Counted from the stretch's first letter, positions 1 to 9,567 are shown. The stretch is DNA of 64,000 bases from an uncultured Candidatus Saccharibacteria bacterium (GCA_964607415.1 CAZSKK010000001.1:405974-469973); one strand, 5' to 3'. Program-made: numbers and translations. Notes: generated by a model not told the origin, from the sequence alone.

Positions 1-103
1 TCAAAGCAATTTTATGTGGTCTAGGTGTTGGAAACCCAAGATTTTGTTGATTAGGTCTATTTCTGATTTGATTCTTTACATGCCTTATCTTATTCATGCT
101 CAT
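1..103 (-). CDS. Possible 5' part of a CDS running off the left edge (MSMNKIRHVKNQIRNRPNQQNLGFPTPRPHKIAL...)
   Basis: ATG at 103 on the minus strand, 34 codons open to the edge; function unknown. Confidence 0.45.
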   Translation of the reverse strand, partial: MSMNKIRHVKNQIRNRPNQQNLGFPTPRPHKIAL

Positions 104-129
104 ATATTAACAACTAAAATTTCCCCCCG

Positions 130-151
130 CATTGTATTGCAATACAAATTT
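130..151. repeat. Palindrome CATTGTAT-N4-ATACAAATTT (copy 1 of 4; others at 5678, 6169, 21005)
   Basis: Direct sequence comparison. Confidence 0.65.
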
Positions 152-236
152 TGTCTATTTTCTTAAAAAAGTTTGAGCCTCGAGCCGCAAGCTTTGAACA
201 TCAGCTACTAGAGAATTTATTAGTACTTTGATACCC

Positions 237-264
237 TAATTCATGATTCTTGAATCTTAATTCT
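237..264. repeat. Degenerate heptamer array (taattca tgattct tgaatct taattct)
   Basis: 7-nt period; same unit type at 2021-2048. Confidence 0.7.
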
Positions 265-365
265 GTTAAAAATTTGTCAGTCAAAATCGATTTTTTGGAT
301 TTTACACTTCCCTAATTGCACAGACCATAGTATAATCTAACTGTCAAAACTCATTGGAAAACTTT

Positions 366-1451
366 ATGAGTGCAAAAGAAGACTTAAATGCAATAGCAAA
401 GAAAATTGATAACGAAGTACTCAAAGTTTTTGAAAGAGAGCTTGGAAAATCTTCCTCTATTTCACCTGCAATTAAAGATGTCCTAAACAACGCAAAACCA
501 CTTGTTGCAAATGGTGGGAAAAGAATTCGTGGCGCATTTTTTTACTATAGTTACCTAATGCACGGTGGTAAAAGTTTGAAAGAAGCACTTATTGCTACTT
601 CTTTTATAGAGCTTATTCATGCGTATTTATTGGTACACGATGATATTATGGATGAATCTCAAAAAAGAAGAGGTCACCCTACCCTACATACTACTTACGA
701 AAAAATTTATAGACTTGCAAATCCAAGACACTATACAAATGGAACGCTAAGACACAAGGCAGAGCATTTTGGAGAATCAATGGCAATAAATATCGGAGAT
801 GTTCTTTGCCATATGGGATTACAAGTTCTAACCGATTCCAAGTTTGAGAACGATTTGAAAATTAAAGCCATGTCCAAACTTCACAGAAGTATTACTGATA
901 CTGGGTATGGGCAAATTGTAGATGTTTACGGCGATATTGAAAATGTTGATGAAGAATATGTTTTAAAAGTACATTTATATAAAACGGGTTATTATACTTA
1001 TCAAACTCCTTTACATATAGGCGCAATTTTAGCTGGAGCCACTGAAAAAGATTTAGATGCCTTAACTAAATATGCAATTCCAGCTGGTATTGCTTTTCAA
1101 ATTCAGGATGATATTATTGATCTTTTTAGCGACGAGACTGGGAAAACTCCAGGTCTTGATATTATGGAAGGCAAAAGAACTTTACTTATTGTAAAAGCGT
1201 ATGAAAATGCTACAAGAAAAGATAAGATTATTTTAGATAATGCATTAGGAAATAAAAACTTAACCTCTGATACTTTTGAAGCAGTTAAGAAAATCCTTAT
1301 TGATACAGGATCTCTTGAATATTCAATAACCAAAGCAGCTAAGTTACTAAAAAAATCTACTAAAGATTTTACAAAAGCTAAGAGATTCGAAAACGCAGGA
1401 AGTGATTTTTTAATTGGTATAAATGATTATATGTTAAATCGAAAGTTCTAA
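366..1451 (+). CDS. Polyprenyl (geranylgeranyl-type) diphosphate synthase
   Basis: GGKRIR; first Asp-rich motif HDDIMD followed by RRG; KT; second motif FQIQDD; ATG at 366 preferred over TTG at 354. Confidence 0.92.
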   Translation: MSAKEDLNAIAKKIDNEVLKVFERELGKSSSISPAIKDVLNNAKPLVANGGKRIRGAFFYYSYLMHGGKSLKEALIATSFIELIHAYLLVHDDIMDESQKRRGHPTLHTTYEKIYRLANPRHYTNGTLRHKAEHFGESMAINIGDVLCHMGLQVLTDSKFENDLKIKAMSKLHRSITDTGYGQIVDVYGDIENVDEEYVLKVHLYKTGYYTYQTPLHIGAILAGATEKDLDALTKYAIPAGIAFQIQDDIIDLFSDETGKTPGLDIMEGKRTLLIVKAYENATRKDKIILDNALGNKNLTSDTFEAVKKILIDTGSLEYSITKAAKLLKKSTKDFTKAKRFENAGSDFLIGINDYMLNRKF

Positions 1452-1906
1452 TGGAAAACGAAAATCGTATAAAAAGTATTCGCGAGCTTGGAGTTGGAAC
1501 ACTTGTTGAGCACGATGGCAAATTCTTAACCATTCAAGAAGCTTACTCAAATAAAAGCATTGGAAAGTTTGAAGATATGTATGCATTCCCAATGGGCCAT
1601 ATATATTCTGGTGAAGACATGAAACTTGCCGCCGAAAGAGAAGTATTTGAAGAGACTGGTTATAAAATTGAGATTACATCAATATTAGGTTTTTACGACA
1701 TTTGGAAAGCATTTGGAATTGTCTTTATAGGTAAACTTATTGATGAGAAGCAGTATGGATTTGATAACAAAGAAATAAAGAAAGTTGCATGGTTAACAAA
1801 AGATGAAGTTTTATCTAAAAGGCTAAGGCCAGCAGTTAAGGAAAGTATTGAGGATTTTGATAGCGGCAAAAGATATCCTTTAGATTTAATTAAACTAGTA
1901 CGCTAA
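1451..1906 (+). CDS. NUDIX hydrolase
   Basis: Nudix box GHIYSGEDMKLAAEREVFEETG; TAATG overlap with the upstream gene. Confidence 0.88.
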   Translation: MENENRIKSIRELGVGTLVEHDGKFLTIQEAYSNKSIGKFEDMYAFPMGHIYSGEDMKLAAEREVFEETGYKIEITSILGFYDIWKAFGIVFIGKLIDEKQYGFDNKEIKKVAWLTKDEVLSKRLRPAVKESIEDFDSGKRYPLDLIKLVR

Positions 1907-1928
1907 CCCCAACACCTTAGTGAATCAA

Positions 1929-2010
1929 TAATGTCACCCTGAGGGAAATCGAAGGGTGACATTATGTTTATGGTGCTTTGTGCCATCCCTCGATTTCCCT
2001 CGGGATGACA
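1929..2010. repeat. REP-like palindrome doublet (GTCA...GAGGGAAATCGA...TGAC) between convergent genes
   Basis: Two inverted hairpin units; close relative at 59003-59065, partial copy at 27728-27746. Confidence 0.8.
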
Positions 2011-2052
2011 CTGGTTTTCATGATTCTTAATTCATGAATCTTGAATCTATTT

Positions 2053-3876
2053 TTATTCTTTCCTTATTGCTTCCACAGGTTTTAACCCTGCAGCTTTTCT
2101 TGCTGGAATATACGAAATAACTAGTGTGACTCCCACTAAAATCAGTGCAAATATTCCTATTGAAACAAGATCTAGCCTTAAAAAAGTATTTGCATCAGCT
2201 TTGGATGTGATATTAAAGCTATCTTTTATAGCACCACCTATTTCTGAATCAAACCAGCTTTTAACTAAGCTTGAAGTTAGGAATGTTGATCCAACGCCAA
2301 GTACTAATCCAACTATAAGTGCAATTAAGCTATAGATTAGTGCTTGTCCCATAAACATATTTCTAATATCTGATTTTTTTGCACCCATTGCTCTTAAAAT
2401 GCCAATTTCTTTTTTGCTTTCAGATACAAATTTACTCATCGTAATTACAATTAGAATTGTATTAAAGGCTATAAAGAATACAACCAAACCTTTGGAAATA
2501 TTTTCAATATTTGATTGCAACCCACTAAATACATCAGATTTGTATAAATCTTGATATGCATATCCTTTGTCGTTTAAAGCTTTTACAACATTAGTTCGAT
2601 TATAAAAATTATTAACTTTAATAATTATTTTTGAACCTGATTTGGCAGATAACTCATAGGCATCTGAAAGCTTATATTCTCCTTCCACCGTAGCACTTCC
2701 ACCCAACATAAATTGATTTGTATCTCCACTTCTTTCAGTTTTAAGAACTAAACCCGGAATGCTGTACTGCTCATCATCCGACGAACCATCATCAATAGCA
2801 GCACCTGGGCCTCCACCAATTCTTATAGCTTTGCCAAAGTTTGGAAATGCATTATTTTGAATTTCTACTCCATCAAAATTTGTTCCTAAAAATTTACTAC
2901 CCAAATCATCGGTTGAAATTGCAGTTGAGTTTCTCGCATCCAATTGATTTTGGTAATAATCTTTCATTAACTTTTTTGCAAAAGTTTCAGGGATGTAATT
3001 TTCAAATGAACTTTCGTCCTCAATTATTCCAACAATTTTAAATTTGTATTTTAGGGGAGTGCTTAGCTTGCCATAATCCCAGTATGCTGAAATTGCAGAT
3101 TTTCTGGCTTCAATTTTTGCATTTAATTCGTCGGCTGTTAATTTTTTAAACACCGTTCCAGTTGATGTAAATTCGTTAGTAAAATCTTGAATTTCATCTA
3201 GCCCGCCAAAAGATATTTCAAACTCCTTGCCAATTAAACTTGATTTATCGTACTCAATTGCGGAAGTTTTAACTGGGTTATTATTCATATCAATTTTAAC
3301 GGGTCCAGAACCGCGTGCTGGGAAATCGATTTTAATTTCGTCTTTACCTTGCCAGTCTTCGTAAGTTTCGTTAAAAGAATTTGCATTCAAAATAATTGGA
3401 ATTACATTGCCTTCAGTGTACGAAAAATCTTCACTGGTAAATAACGATGCAAGATTGCTATCTAAAGTGTAAAGGGAATTAAAACTTACCGATTTGCCAT
3501 CAAATAATGAATCAGTTGTGGCATTTGAAATAGGAACTGAGCTATTTATGGATGCCGCTTCAACATTTTCAGTATTTTTTATTACCTCCAAATCTGTTTC
3601 GGTAAAGTTGCTGTCATCGCTATTAAATGAAAAAATAGCTCTTTCGCCGTTCATGCTAGTCTTTCCAAAATCTTTAGTAAGTTCAATAAGCTTTGATTGT
3701 TCAGCAATAGTTCCAAACACAACTTTGTCTAAAGCTGTTTTAACATTTGATGTGTGACTTGCAACTACAGTTGTAACTGTAATCATTAATGATAAAGGAA
3801 GAATCAGAAACAAAGCTTTCTTTTTATATTTTTTGAGCTTTTTGGTATTGTAATTTGTTACTTGAAAAAGTTTCAT
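2053..3876 (-). CDS. ABC transporter permease, MacB/FtsX-like
   Basis: N-terminal TM, large extracytoplasmic domain, KKEIGILRAMGA motif, C-terminal IPARKAAGLKPVEAIR. Confidence 0.9.
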   Translation of the reverse strand: MKLFQVTNYNTKKLKKYKKKALFLILPLSLMITVTTVVASHTSNVKTALDKVVFGTIAEQSKLIELTKDFGKTSMNGERAIFSFNSDDSNFTETDLEVIKNTENVEAASINSSVPISNATTDSLFDGKSVSFNSLYTLDSNLASLFTSEDFSYTEGNVIPIILNANSFNETYEDWQGKDEIKIDFPARGSGPVKIDMNNNPVKTSAIEYDKSSLIGKEFEISFGGLDEIQDFTNEFTSTGTVFKKLTADELNAKIEARKSAISAYWDYGKLSTPLKYKFKIVGIIEDESSFENYIPETFAKKLMKDYYQNQLDARNSTAISTDDLGSKFLGTNFDGVEIQNNAFPNFGKAIRIGGGPGAAIDDGSSDDEQYSIPGLVLKTERSGDTNQFMLGGSATVEGEYKLSDAYELSAKSGSKIIIKVNNFYNRTNVVKALNDKGYAYQDLYKSDVFSGLQSNIENISKGLVVFFIAFNTILIVITMSKFVSESKKEIGILRAMGAKKSDIRNMFMGQALIYSLIALIVGLVLGVGSTFLTSSLVKSWFDSEIGGAIKDSFNITSKADANTFLRLDLVSIGIFALILVGVTLVISYIPARKAAGLKPVEAIRKE

Positions 3877-3906
3877 TTAGAAAAATGTAAAATGTTAAAT
3901 TTTAAA

Positions 3907-3958
3907 TTAGCTTTTAGCAATTAGCATTTGGTTTTTATAAAAGCTAACAGCTAAATGC
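3907..3958. repeat. Inverted heptamer arrays (ttagcNN x4 / NNgctaa x2-3)
   Basis: ttagctt ttagcaa ttagcat ttggttt ... aagctaa cagctaa. Confidence 0.7.
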
Positions 3959-3995
3959 CTGTTCATTGCCAAATTAATTAGGTTGATTAGGGCAC

Positions 3996-4667
3996 TTATT
4001 TCACTTCCTTGCCTTTATTAAGTTTCAGTACATTTTTAAATCGATCGCTTACAGATTTATCGTGCGTAATTACTACCACGCTTACTCCTGATGTCATAAT
4101 TTCTTCCAGGATTTTCAAAACTCTTTCAGCGTTTTCTTTATCTAAATTCCCTGTTGGCTCATCCGCTAGGATTAATTTCGGATCACTTGCCAAAGATCTT
4201 GCAACTGCCACTCTTTGCATTTCACCTCCTGAAAGTTGATTTGGAAAATGATAAGCTCGCTCAACTAAACCTACTTTTTCTAGAAGCTTCATTGCTTTTT
4301 GCCTTGCAAGTTTTTTACTTGAGCCAGATAAAATCAATGGTACAGCAACATTATCTAATGCGTTCAGGTAATCAATAAGATAAAAGAACTGGAACACAAA
4401 CCCGATTGTTTTATTTCTATAAGTGGTTTGCTCCTTTTCCTTTAATTTATCGATTTTTTTACCTGCAACAATTACATCCCCAGAGGTTGGGTTTTCAAGT
4501 CCACCTAAAATATGAAGTAATGTTGTTTTTCCAGAACCAGAGCTTCCAATAATTGCCAGGCTTTCTTTTTCTGGAAGATTAAAACTGATGGAATCCAAAG
4601 CTTTTACTTTGGAGCTCCCATCTTTATAGACCTTTGTGAGGTTTTTGACCTCAATAATATTAGACAT
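3996..4667 (-). CDS. ABC transporter ATP-binding protein (LolD/MacB-type)
   Basis: Walker A GSSGSGKT, LSGGEMQR, ILADEPTGNLD, ITHD. Confidence 0.95.
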   Translation of the reverse strand: MSNIIEVKNLTKVYKDGSSKVKALDSISFNLPEKESLAIIGSSGSGKTTLLHILGGLENPTSGDVIVAGKKIDKLKEKEQTTYRNKTIGFVFQFFYLIDYLNALDNVAVPLILSGSSKKLARQKAMKLLEKVGLVERAYHFPNQLSGGEMQRVAVARSLASDPKLILADEPTGNLDKENAERVLKILEEIMTSGVSVVVITHDKSVSDRFKNVLKLNKGKEVK

Positions 4668-4721
4668 AAATAAAATGTAAAAATTAAAAATGAAAAGTTA
4701 AAACCTGTCTCTTCGATTAAG

Positions 4722-4753
4722 AAGATAATCCTTGAATATGAAAGCGGTTTGAA
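4722..4753 (-). promoter_or_regulatory. Putative OmpR-family tandem box plus -10 (TTCAAA-N5-TTCATA-N9-TATCTT)
   Basis: Same architecture at 27812-27843 and 32664-32695. Confidence 0.6.
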
Positions 4754-4856
4754 GACAGCGAGAAGATGTTGATTTGTTAATTAGTTTAGAGTTAATTAGT
4801 GATGTAACAAATTAACCTACCTACAAATTAACTAATCAACTTTGTATTATTGGCAA

Positions 4857-4891
4857 TATGGTATGTGCTATTCGCTATCAGCTATAAGCTG
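4857..4891. repeat. Heptamer array NNNGCTA
   Basis: tatggta tgtgcta ttcgcta tcagcta taagctg; last four units are 26/28 identical to 10347-10374. Confidence 0.75.
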
Positions 4892-5069
4892 TATTAGTCA
4901 CTGCGAGCGTAGCGACGCAGTCTTAGCGAAGTAGTTTTATTTACATAGTTTGCTTTTTGAAGAATAAAAAATTTGAAAATTATTGCTTGAAAATTGTAAA
5001 TTGCTTTGTCATTGTACCTTGCGCCTTATATTTTTTGGAACAACTAGACTAATTAGGGTTTAGTGTTTC

Positions 5070-5513
5070 CTAAGATTTACGATTTATTAGGTTTTCAATA
5101 ACCCACTCCTTAGCAAATTTGGGAAGTACGTTAATTTTTGTAAATTCCTCAAAATCTATCCAAACTGGTTCATAAAAGTTTTCTTTAGAATTGCGAATAC
5201 TTTCTTCACCAATTAAAGTTGGAACTCCATCTTCATAATCACATAGGAAATAATAATCGAAGTTTTGATTTTTTAAATCATGAAATTCAAAAGCAGGTGT
5301 AATGTTTGAAACCGTAATAGACGTTTCTTCAAAGATTTCTCTATAGGTAGTTTCTTCGGCAAGTTCTCCCCGTCTTCCATGCCCTCCTGGAAAAACCCAA
5401 TATTCTATGCCTTCATAAATTCTATGAATCATTAAAATCTTTTTATTTTTAACAACAATTCCAGCATATCTGGAACCTTCGATTCGTGTATCTTTGTCTT
5501 CAATGTATTTCAT
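5070..5513 (-). CDS. NUDIX hydrolase
   Basis: PGGHGRRGELAEETTYREIFEETS Nudix box. Confidence 0.88.
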   Translation of the reverse strand: MKYIEDKDTRIEGSRYAGIVVKNKKILMIHRIYEGIEYWVFPGGHGRRGELAEETTYREIFEETSITVSNITPAFEFHDLKNQNFDYYFLCDYEDGVPTLIGEESIRNSKENFYEPVWIDFEEFTKINVLPKFAKEWVIENLINRKS

Positions 5514-5520
5514 AAATTTG

Positions 5521-5633
5521 GAATTAAGAATTAAGATTCAGGATTCAAGAATGATTGCAATAGAACCCAATTGAAAATTATTGCTTGGAAATTGGATATT
5601 AATTCGTGATTCTTTATTTTTTATTCGTTATTC
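5521..5633. repeat. Inverted heptamer arrays (gaattaa-type / ttaattc-type) around a 43-bp spacer
   Basis: 5521-5555 versus 5599-5633. Confidence 0.7.
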
Positions 5634-5707
5634 CAAAAGATAATTTTCGTAAGTCTACCAAAATTATCTTTTGGCCGCATTGTATCCGGATACAAATTTT
5701 GAGAGTT

Positions 5708-6055
5708 TTATAATGTTTTCTTATCTATTTCCTTAAGCACATTTTCTAAAAGTTCTTGGACTTGGAAGTTTGTAAACCTTAAAAGTTTAATGCCATTAGC
5801 TACCAATATCTCGTTTCTAAATTCATCATATTTTAAAAAATCTTTCTCGGAGTGATGCGAGCCGTCTACTTCAATTCCAAGTTTTAATTCTGGACAGAAG
5901 AAATCTAAAATATATGTTTCGACAATATATTGCCTAAGAAATCTTCGATTATTAATTTGTTTTCTACGTAAATGCCTCCATAGGATTTTTTCCTAGGGAG
6001 TCATATTATTTCTAAGATATCTACTTTTTTGTTTTAAGTTTTGGTGTAAGCTCAT
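5708..6055 (-). pseudogene. DUF559 / very-short-patch-repair-like endonuclease with an in-frame TAG at codon 21
   Basis: Manual translation MSLHQNLKQKSRYLRNNMTP*EKILWRHLRRKQ...FLRQYIVETYILDFFCPELKLGIEVDGSHH...LLRFTN; TAG at 5993-5995; absent from the ORF track. Confidence 0.85.
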
Positions 6056-6065
6056 ATAGTTTAAT

Positions 6066-6138
6066 AACCCCTCTCCCTCCGGGTTTCTCCCCTTTCTTAG
6101 AAAGGGGAGATGTCGAGCGATAGCGAGACAGAAGGGTT
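6066..6138. repeat. GC-rich palindromic element (CCCCTC...CTCCCCTT-AAGGGGAG...GGGTT) upstream of DUF559
   Basis: Nested hairpins; relatives at 12948-13011, 24093-24127, 30804-30990, 34695-34860 and 8841-8920. Confidence 0.75.
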
Positions 6139-6301
6139 ATTAATAATACCAGTGTAGATTTGAAAACTCATTGTATTGCTCTACAAATTTCTAGGAATAT
6201 TGTTTAGATCTAACCTATTGAAATATTCGGTCATTTACCATATAATTTCGAGTACTTGAAAGATTTCGGATTTCGTTATTCAAATTTCGGATTTTTACTT
6301 T

Positions 6302-6375
6302 GCGGGTATAGTATATCGGTATTATGCCGGTTTTCCAAACCGATGAGGCGGGTTCGATTCCCGCTACCCGCTCCA
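6302..6375 (+). tRNA. tRNA-Gly (TCC)
   Basis: Acceptor stem GCGGGTA/TACCCGC, anticodon loop TTTCCAA, GGTTCGATTCCC T-arm, encoded CCA. Confidence 0.95.
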
Positions 6376-6438
6376 CTCTCAATTCAAACCTTCTCCTAAG
6401 CACTCGTACTTTCTGCTCGAAGCAAGCTATAATAAATT

Positions 6439-6924
6439 ATGATAATTGAGCTAAATGAAATTCCTAAACTAAAACCAAACTGGCAAGGAAAAAAAGTTGG
6501 ACTTATTACAGGCTGTTTTGATATTTTACACTTGGGCCATATCAGCATCTTTGAATTCGCAAAGAGCAAAGTTGATATTCTTTTAGTAGGAGTTGACTCT
6601 GATAAATCTATTAAACTTAATAAAGGTGAGAATCGTCCTTACTTTAGTCAAAATGTCAGAAAAAAGGTTGTTGACTCAATAGCGTTTATTGACTATACAT
6701 TTCTAGTGGATCATGGGTTAAAATATTCCGACCCCAATATTGGTCAGTTTTTCGATGAACTTTATAAACAAACTGGAATTACAAACCTGATAACAAATAA
6801 ACAAGGTGACGCTAGCTATAAAGATAAAGTCGTTAGAGCCAATAAGCTAGGAATTGAAATTATTTTACAAGATGAAGAAAAATTCAGTAGTAGTACAGAC
6901 ATCATAGAGAAATTGGGGTTATAA
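6439..6924 (+). CDS. Cytidylyl/adenylyltransferase (TagD/RfaE domain II-like)
   Basis: GCFDILHLGH (HxGH), KGENRP, SSTDII. Confidence 0.88.
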   Translation: MIIELNEIPKLKPNWQGKKVGLITGCFDILHLGHISIFEFAKSKVDILLVGVDSDKSIKLNKGENRPYFSQNVRKKVVDSIAFIDYTFLVDHGLKYSDPNIGQFFDELYKQTGITNLITNKQGDASYKDKVVRANKLGIEIILQDEEKFSSSTDIIEKLGL

Positions 6925-6948
6925 AATTTAAATCATTAACTAAGCACA

Positions 6949-7596
6949 ATGCAAATTATCATAATCCCTGGTTTTACAGGTTATCCTGAAGAAATAACTT
7001 TTACCGAACTTACCAAAACACTCACACAGTTAGGACATAGCGTAATAAAAATAGCCTGGCCAAATATTCCAGACAACTTAAATAAATATAACTTTACTGA
7101 AACACTCAACTACTCAAGAAAGATTATAGATAATATTGCTAACAAAGATATAACGATCTTGGGATTTTCAATGGGAGGAATAATTGCAACGCAATTAGCC
7201 ACAGAATTTAATATAAAAAAATTAGGACTAATTGTAAGTCCATATCAAGCTGGAAGTGAAGATGATCTTTCAGGCAAATATAAACAATGGAAAGAAACAG
7301 GTTACCGAGAAGTCAGGTCTTCTAAATTTGGTGATCTAGAAATTCCTTTTTCATTTATTGAGGATGCGAGAAAATACAATGCATTGAACTTGATAAAAAA
7401 TGTTACAGCAGAAATACTCTTTGTCGCTGGAAACAAAGATAATAAAGTTCCGTGGACAGTTAGCAAAAAGCTCTTTAGTGCCGCAAATGAACCAAAAACC
7501 TGGCACCTAATTCCTGGAATGGAGCATAAGTATCAATATCAACCAGAAATACTTAAAAAGGTTGATAACATCATTATAGAATTCATTAAATCTTAA
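6949..7596 (+). CDS. Alpha/beta hydrolase
   Basis: Nucleophile elbow GFSMGG, GNKDNKVP (Asp), GMEH (His). Confidence 0.88.
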   Translation: MQIIIIPGFTGYPEEITFTELTKTLTQLGHSVIKIAWPNIPDNLNKYNFTETLNYSRKIIDNIANKDITILGFSMGGIIATQLATEFNIKKLGLIVSPYQAGSEDDLSGKYKQWKETGYREVRSSKFGDLEIPFSFIEDARKYNALNLIKNVTAEILFVAGNKDNKVPWTVSKKLFSAANEPKTWHLIPGMEHKYQYQPEILKKVDNIIIEFIKS

Positions 7597-7618
7597 CTTC
7601 ATAGCTTAAAGAATAAAT

Positions 7619-8182
7619 ATGAATGCCTTAATAATTGATAACGGTACTACCTACCTTAAAGATCTAACTTCTTTACTAAAAAGCACAAGTGTTACTTTTG
7701 AAATAAAAAAATATTCAGAAATAGATGAAAGTTACAACTATTTTGATTTTATTGTTTTAAGTGGTGGGCATGATGTTTTTATTGTTGAAGAAAATATTCC
7801 TTTACTAAGAAGAGAGATAGACTTAATTTTAAATTCAACAAAGCCAATTTTGGGAATATGTTATGGATTTGAACTTTTATGCTTCACTTACGGATGCAAA
7901 ATTCATGAAAAAGATAAATCAAAGGGAGTCACAAATTTAAAAATTTTAATAAATGATCCATTATTGGACAATTTAAACAATATTCAAGTATTCGAAAATC
8001 ATAAATTCTATGTCAATGAACTTAGCTCTGAACTGGAGGGAATAGCTATTTCTGAAAAAGGATTTGAAATTATTAAGCATAAAAACAAAAAACAATATGG
8101 TTTCCAGTTTCATCCGGAATTGTTAGTTAATAAGCTCGATGGTGACGAGTTGCTCATAAATTTTATAAAGTTAATTAAATGA
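7619..8182 (+). CDS. Class I glutamine amidotransferase (stand-alone, GuaA N-terminal-like)
   Basis: LSGG, PILGICYG, GFQFHPE triad. Confidence 0.88.
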   Translation: MNALIIDNGTTYLKDLTSLLKSTSVTFEIKKYSEIDESYNYFDFIVLSGGHDVFIVEENIPLLRREIDLILNSTKPILGICYGFELLCFTYGCKIHEKDKSKGVTNLKILINDPLLDNLNNIQVFENHKFYVNELSSELEGIAISEKGFEIIKHKNKKQYGFQFHPELLVNKLDGDELLINFIKLIK

Positions 8183-8757
8183 GAATTTTACTTACAGGAT
8201 TTTCAGCTTTTCAAAAAATCACACAAAATCCATCCCAAATTTTAGTAACAGAGCTTGCAAAAAATTTAAAGCTTCCTAATACTCAAATTGATTTCAAAAT
8301 ATTTAAATCAAGTTATAAATATATAGACGAGAATATTGGAAAAATTCTAGATGAAAGTTATAACTTAGTTTTGATGACTGGATTAAAGCCTAAAGCTACC
8401 AAAATTTATATAGAACAATTTGCAAAAAATCTGGATAACTCAAAAGCCAAAGATGTAGACAATGTTGTAAAAATAAATTCTGCCATTGAGGAGCATAATT
8501 ATGTAACATTAGAGTCCAATTTAAATATAAATAAAATATCATCATATTTAAAAAATAACATACTAATCCAGCTAAATTCAAAACCAAGTGCATATTTATG
8601 TAATCATTTATATTATAAGGCACTTAGTTACGCAATAAGATCTAATTTAGAAACAAAAATGTTATTTATTCACATTCCAAAATTCTCTAAAATTAGCCTT
8701 AAGAAACAGCTGCAACTGTCAGAAAAAATTTTAGAAGGTGCACTAAATCAATGGTAA
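8179..8757 (+). CDS. pcp: Pyroglutamyl-peptidase I family (C15)
   Basis: MRILLTGFSAF, NPS, IEQFAKN, YLCN (Cys), FIHIP (His). Confidence 0.8.
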   Translation: MRILLTGFSAFQKITQNPSQILVTELAKNLKLPNTQIDFKIFKSSYKYIDENIGKILDESYNLVLMTGLKPKATKIYIEQFAKNLDNSKAKDVDNVVKINSAIEEHNYVTLESNLNINKISSYLKNNILIQLNSKPSAYLCNHLYYKALSYAIRSNLETKMLFIHIPKFSKISLKKQLQLSEKILEGALNQW

Positions 8758-8840
8758 TAACTAACCCCAAAATCAGTAGCTTTGGTAAAATTATTCTGCT
8801 AAAATCATTCCGGAATTCAATTTGAATTTGTATTTTAATT

Positions 8841-8920
8841 TACCTCATCCAATCCTGAGACGAGTGCGATTTAGCTGCACTCGAGAGCATAATATGCTCT
8901 CTCGTCCTAAAGGAGAAGCA
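8841..8920. repeat. Composite palindromic element upstream of efp
   Basis: CGAGTGC...GCACTCG and GAGAGCA-taata-TGCTCTC hairpins; the AGCA-N5-TGCT core recurs at ~30878, ~30970, ~34786 and ~34826. Confidence 0.65.
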
Positions 8921-8941
8921 TGATGAATAACCTTATTATAT

Positions 8942-9502
8942 ATGGCATTTACAAACGAAATAACTAGGGGAATGATTATTAAATTTAATAACGAGCCTCA
9001 TGTAATTGTTGAAAAAGAGTTCTATAAACCGGGAAAAGGTGGAGCTTTTAATCGAACTCGATTAAAAAGCATTAAATCAGGAAAGTTCTTTAATCAAATT
9101 TTTAAATCTGGTGAAAAAGTAGAAGAAATTGAAGTAGATACCAAAACAGTTCAGTTCTTATATAACGATGACCGAACTGTATACTTAATGGATCCTAGCA
9201 CTTTTGAACAGCTTGAATATCCTTTAAGCGAGGTTCCTTACGAAACTGACTTTCTTCATACAGAAGCTAAGTACATAGTATCTGTTTATGAAGGAAAAAT
9301 TATTTATCTTCAAATGCCTCAAAAAATTACACTGGAAGTAATTGAAGCTTTTGATGCAGTTAAAGGCGATTCTTCAAATAATCCACAGAAAGAAGTTACA
9401 GTTGAAACCGGAGCTAAAATAAACGTTCCAATGTTTATTAAAAAAGGCGATAAGATTGTAATAAATACAGAAACAAGAGGATACTTCTCCAAGCAAAACT
9501 AA
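8942..9502 (+). CDS. efp: Elongation factor P
   Basis: KPGKGGAF loop, VKGDS, ETGAKINVPMFIKKGDKI. Confidence 0.97.
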   Translation: MAFTNEITRGMIIKFNNEPHVIVEKEFYKPGKGGAFNRTRLKSIKSGKFFNQIFKSGEKVEEIEVDTKTVQFLYNDDRTVYLMDPSTFEQLEYPLSEVPYETDFLHTEAKYIVSVYEGKIIYLQMPQKITLEVIEAFDAVKGDSSNNPQKEVTVETGAKINVPMFIKKGDKIVINTETRGYFSKQN

Positions 9503-9519
9503 GAATTTTTAGATGTGTA

Positions 9520-9556
9520 TTTTGTCACACTGAGCCTAGTCGAAGTGTAGACAAAA
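9520..9556. repeat. REP-like hairpin (GTCACACTGAGCCTAGTCGAAGTG) between convergent genes
   Basis: TTTTGTC...GACAAAA stem; may double as a terminator. Confidence 0.6.
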
Positions 9557-9567
9557 TTGCTGCTCTG

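Noticed and set aside
5993-5995. Stop-codon reassignment or pyrrolysine at the DUF559 TAG
   Set aside because: TAG, TGA and TAA all terminate conserved genes here (e.g. epmA TAG, rsmE TGA); a single case is better explained by mutation or sequencing error
6215-6403. 62-aa minus-strand ORF
   Set aside because: Antisense shadow of tRNA-Gly
6302-8757. Integrative island at tRNA-Gly
   Set aside because: No integrase and no duplicated tRNA 3' end found
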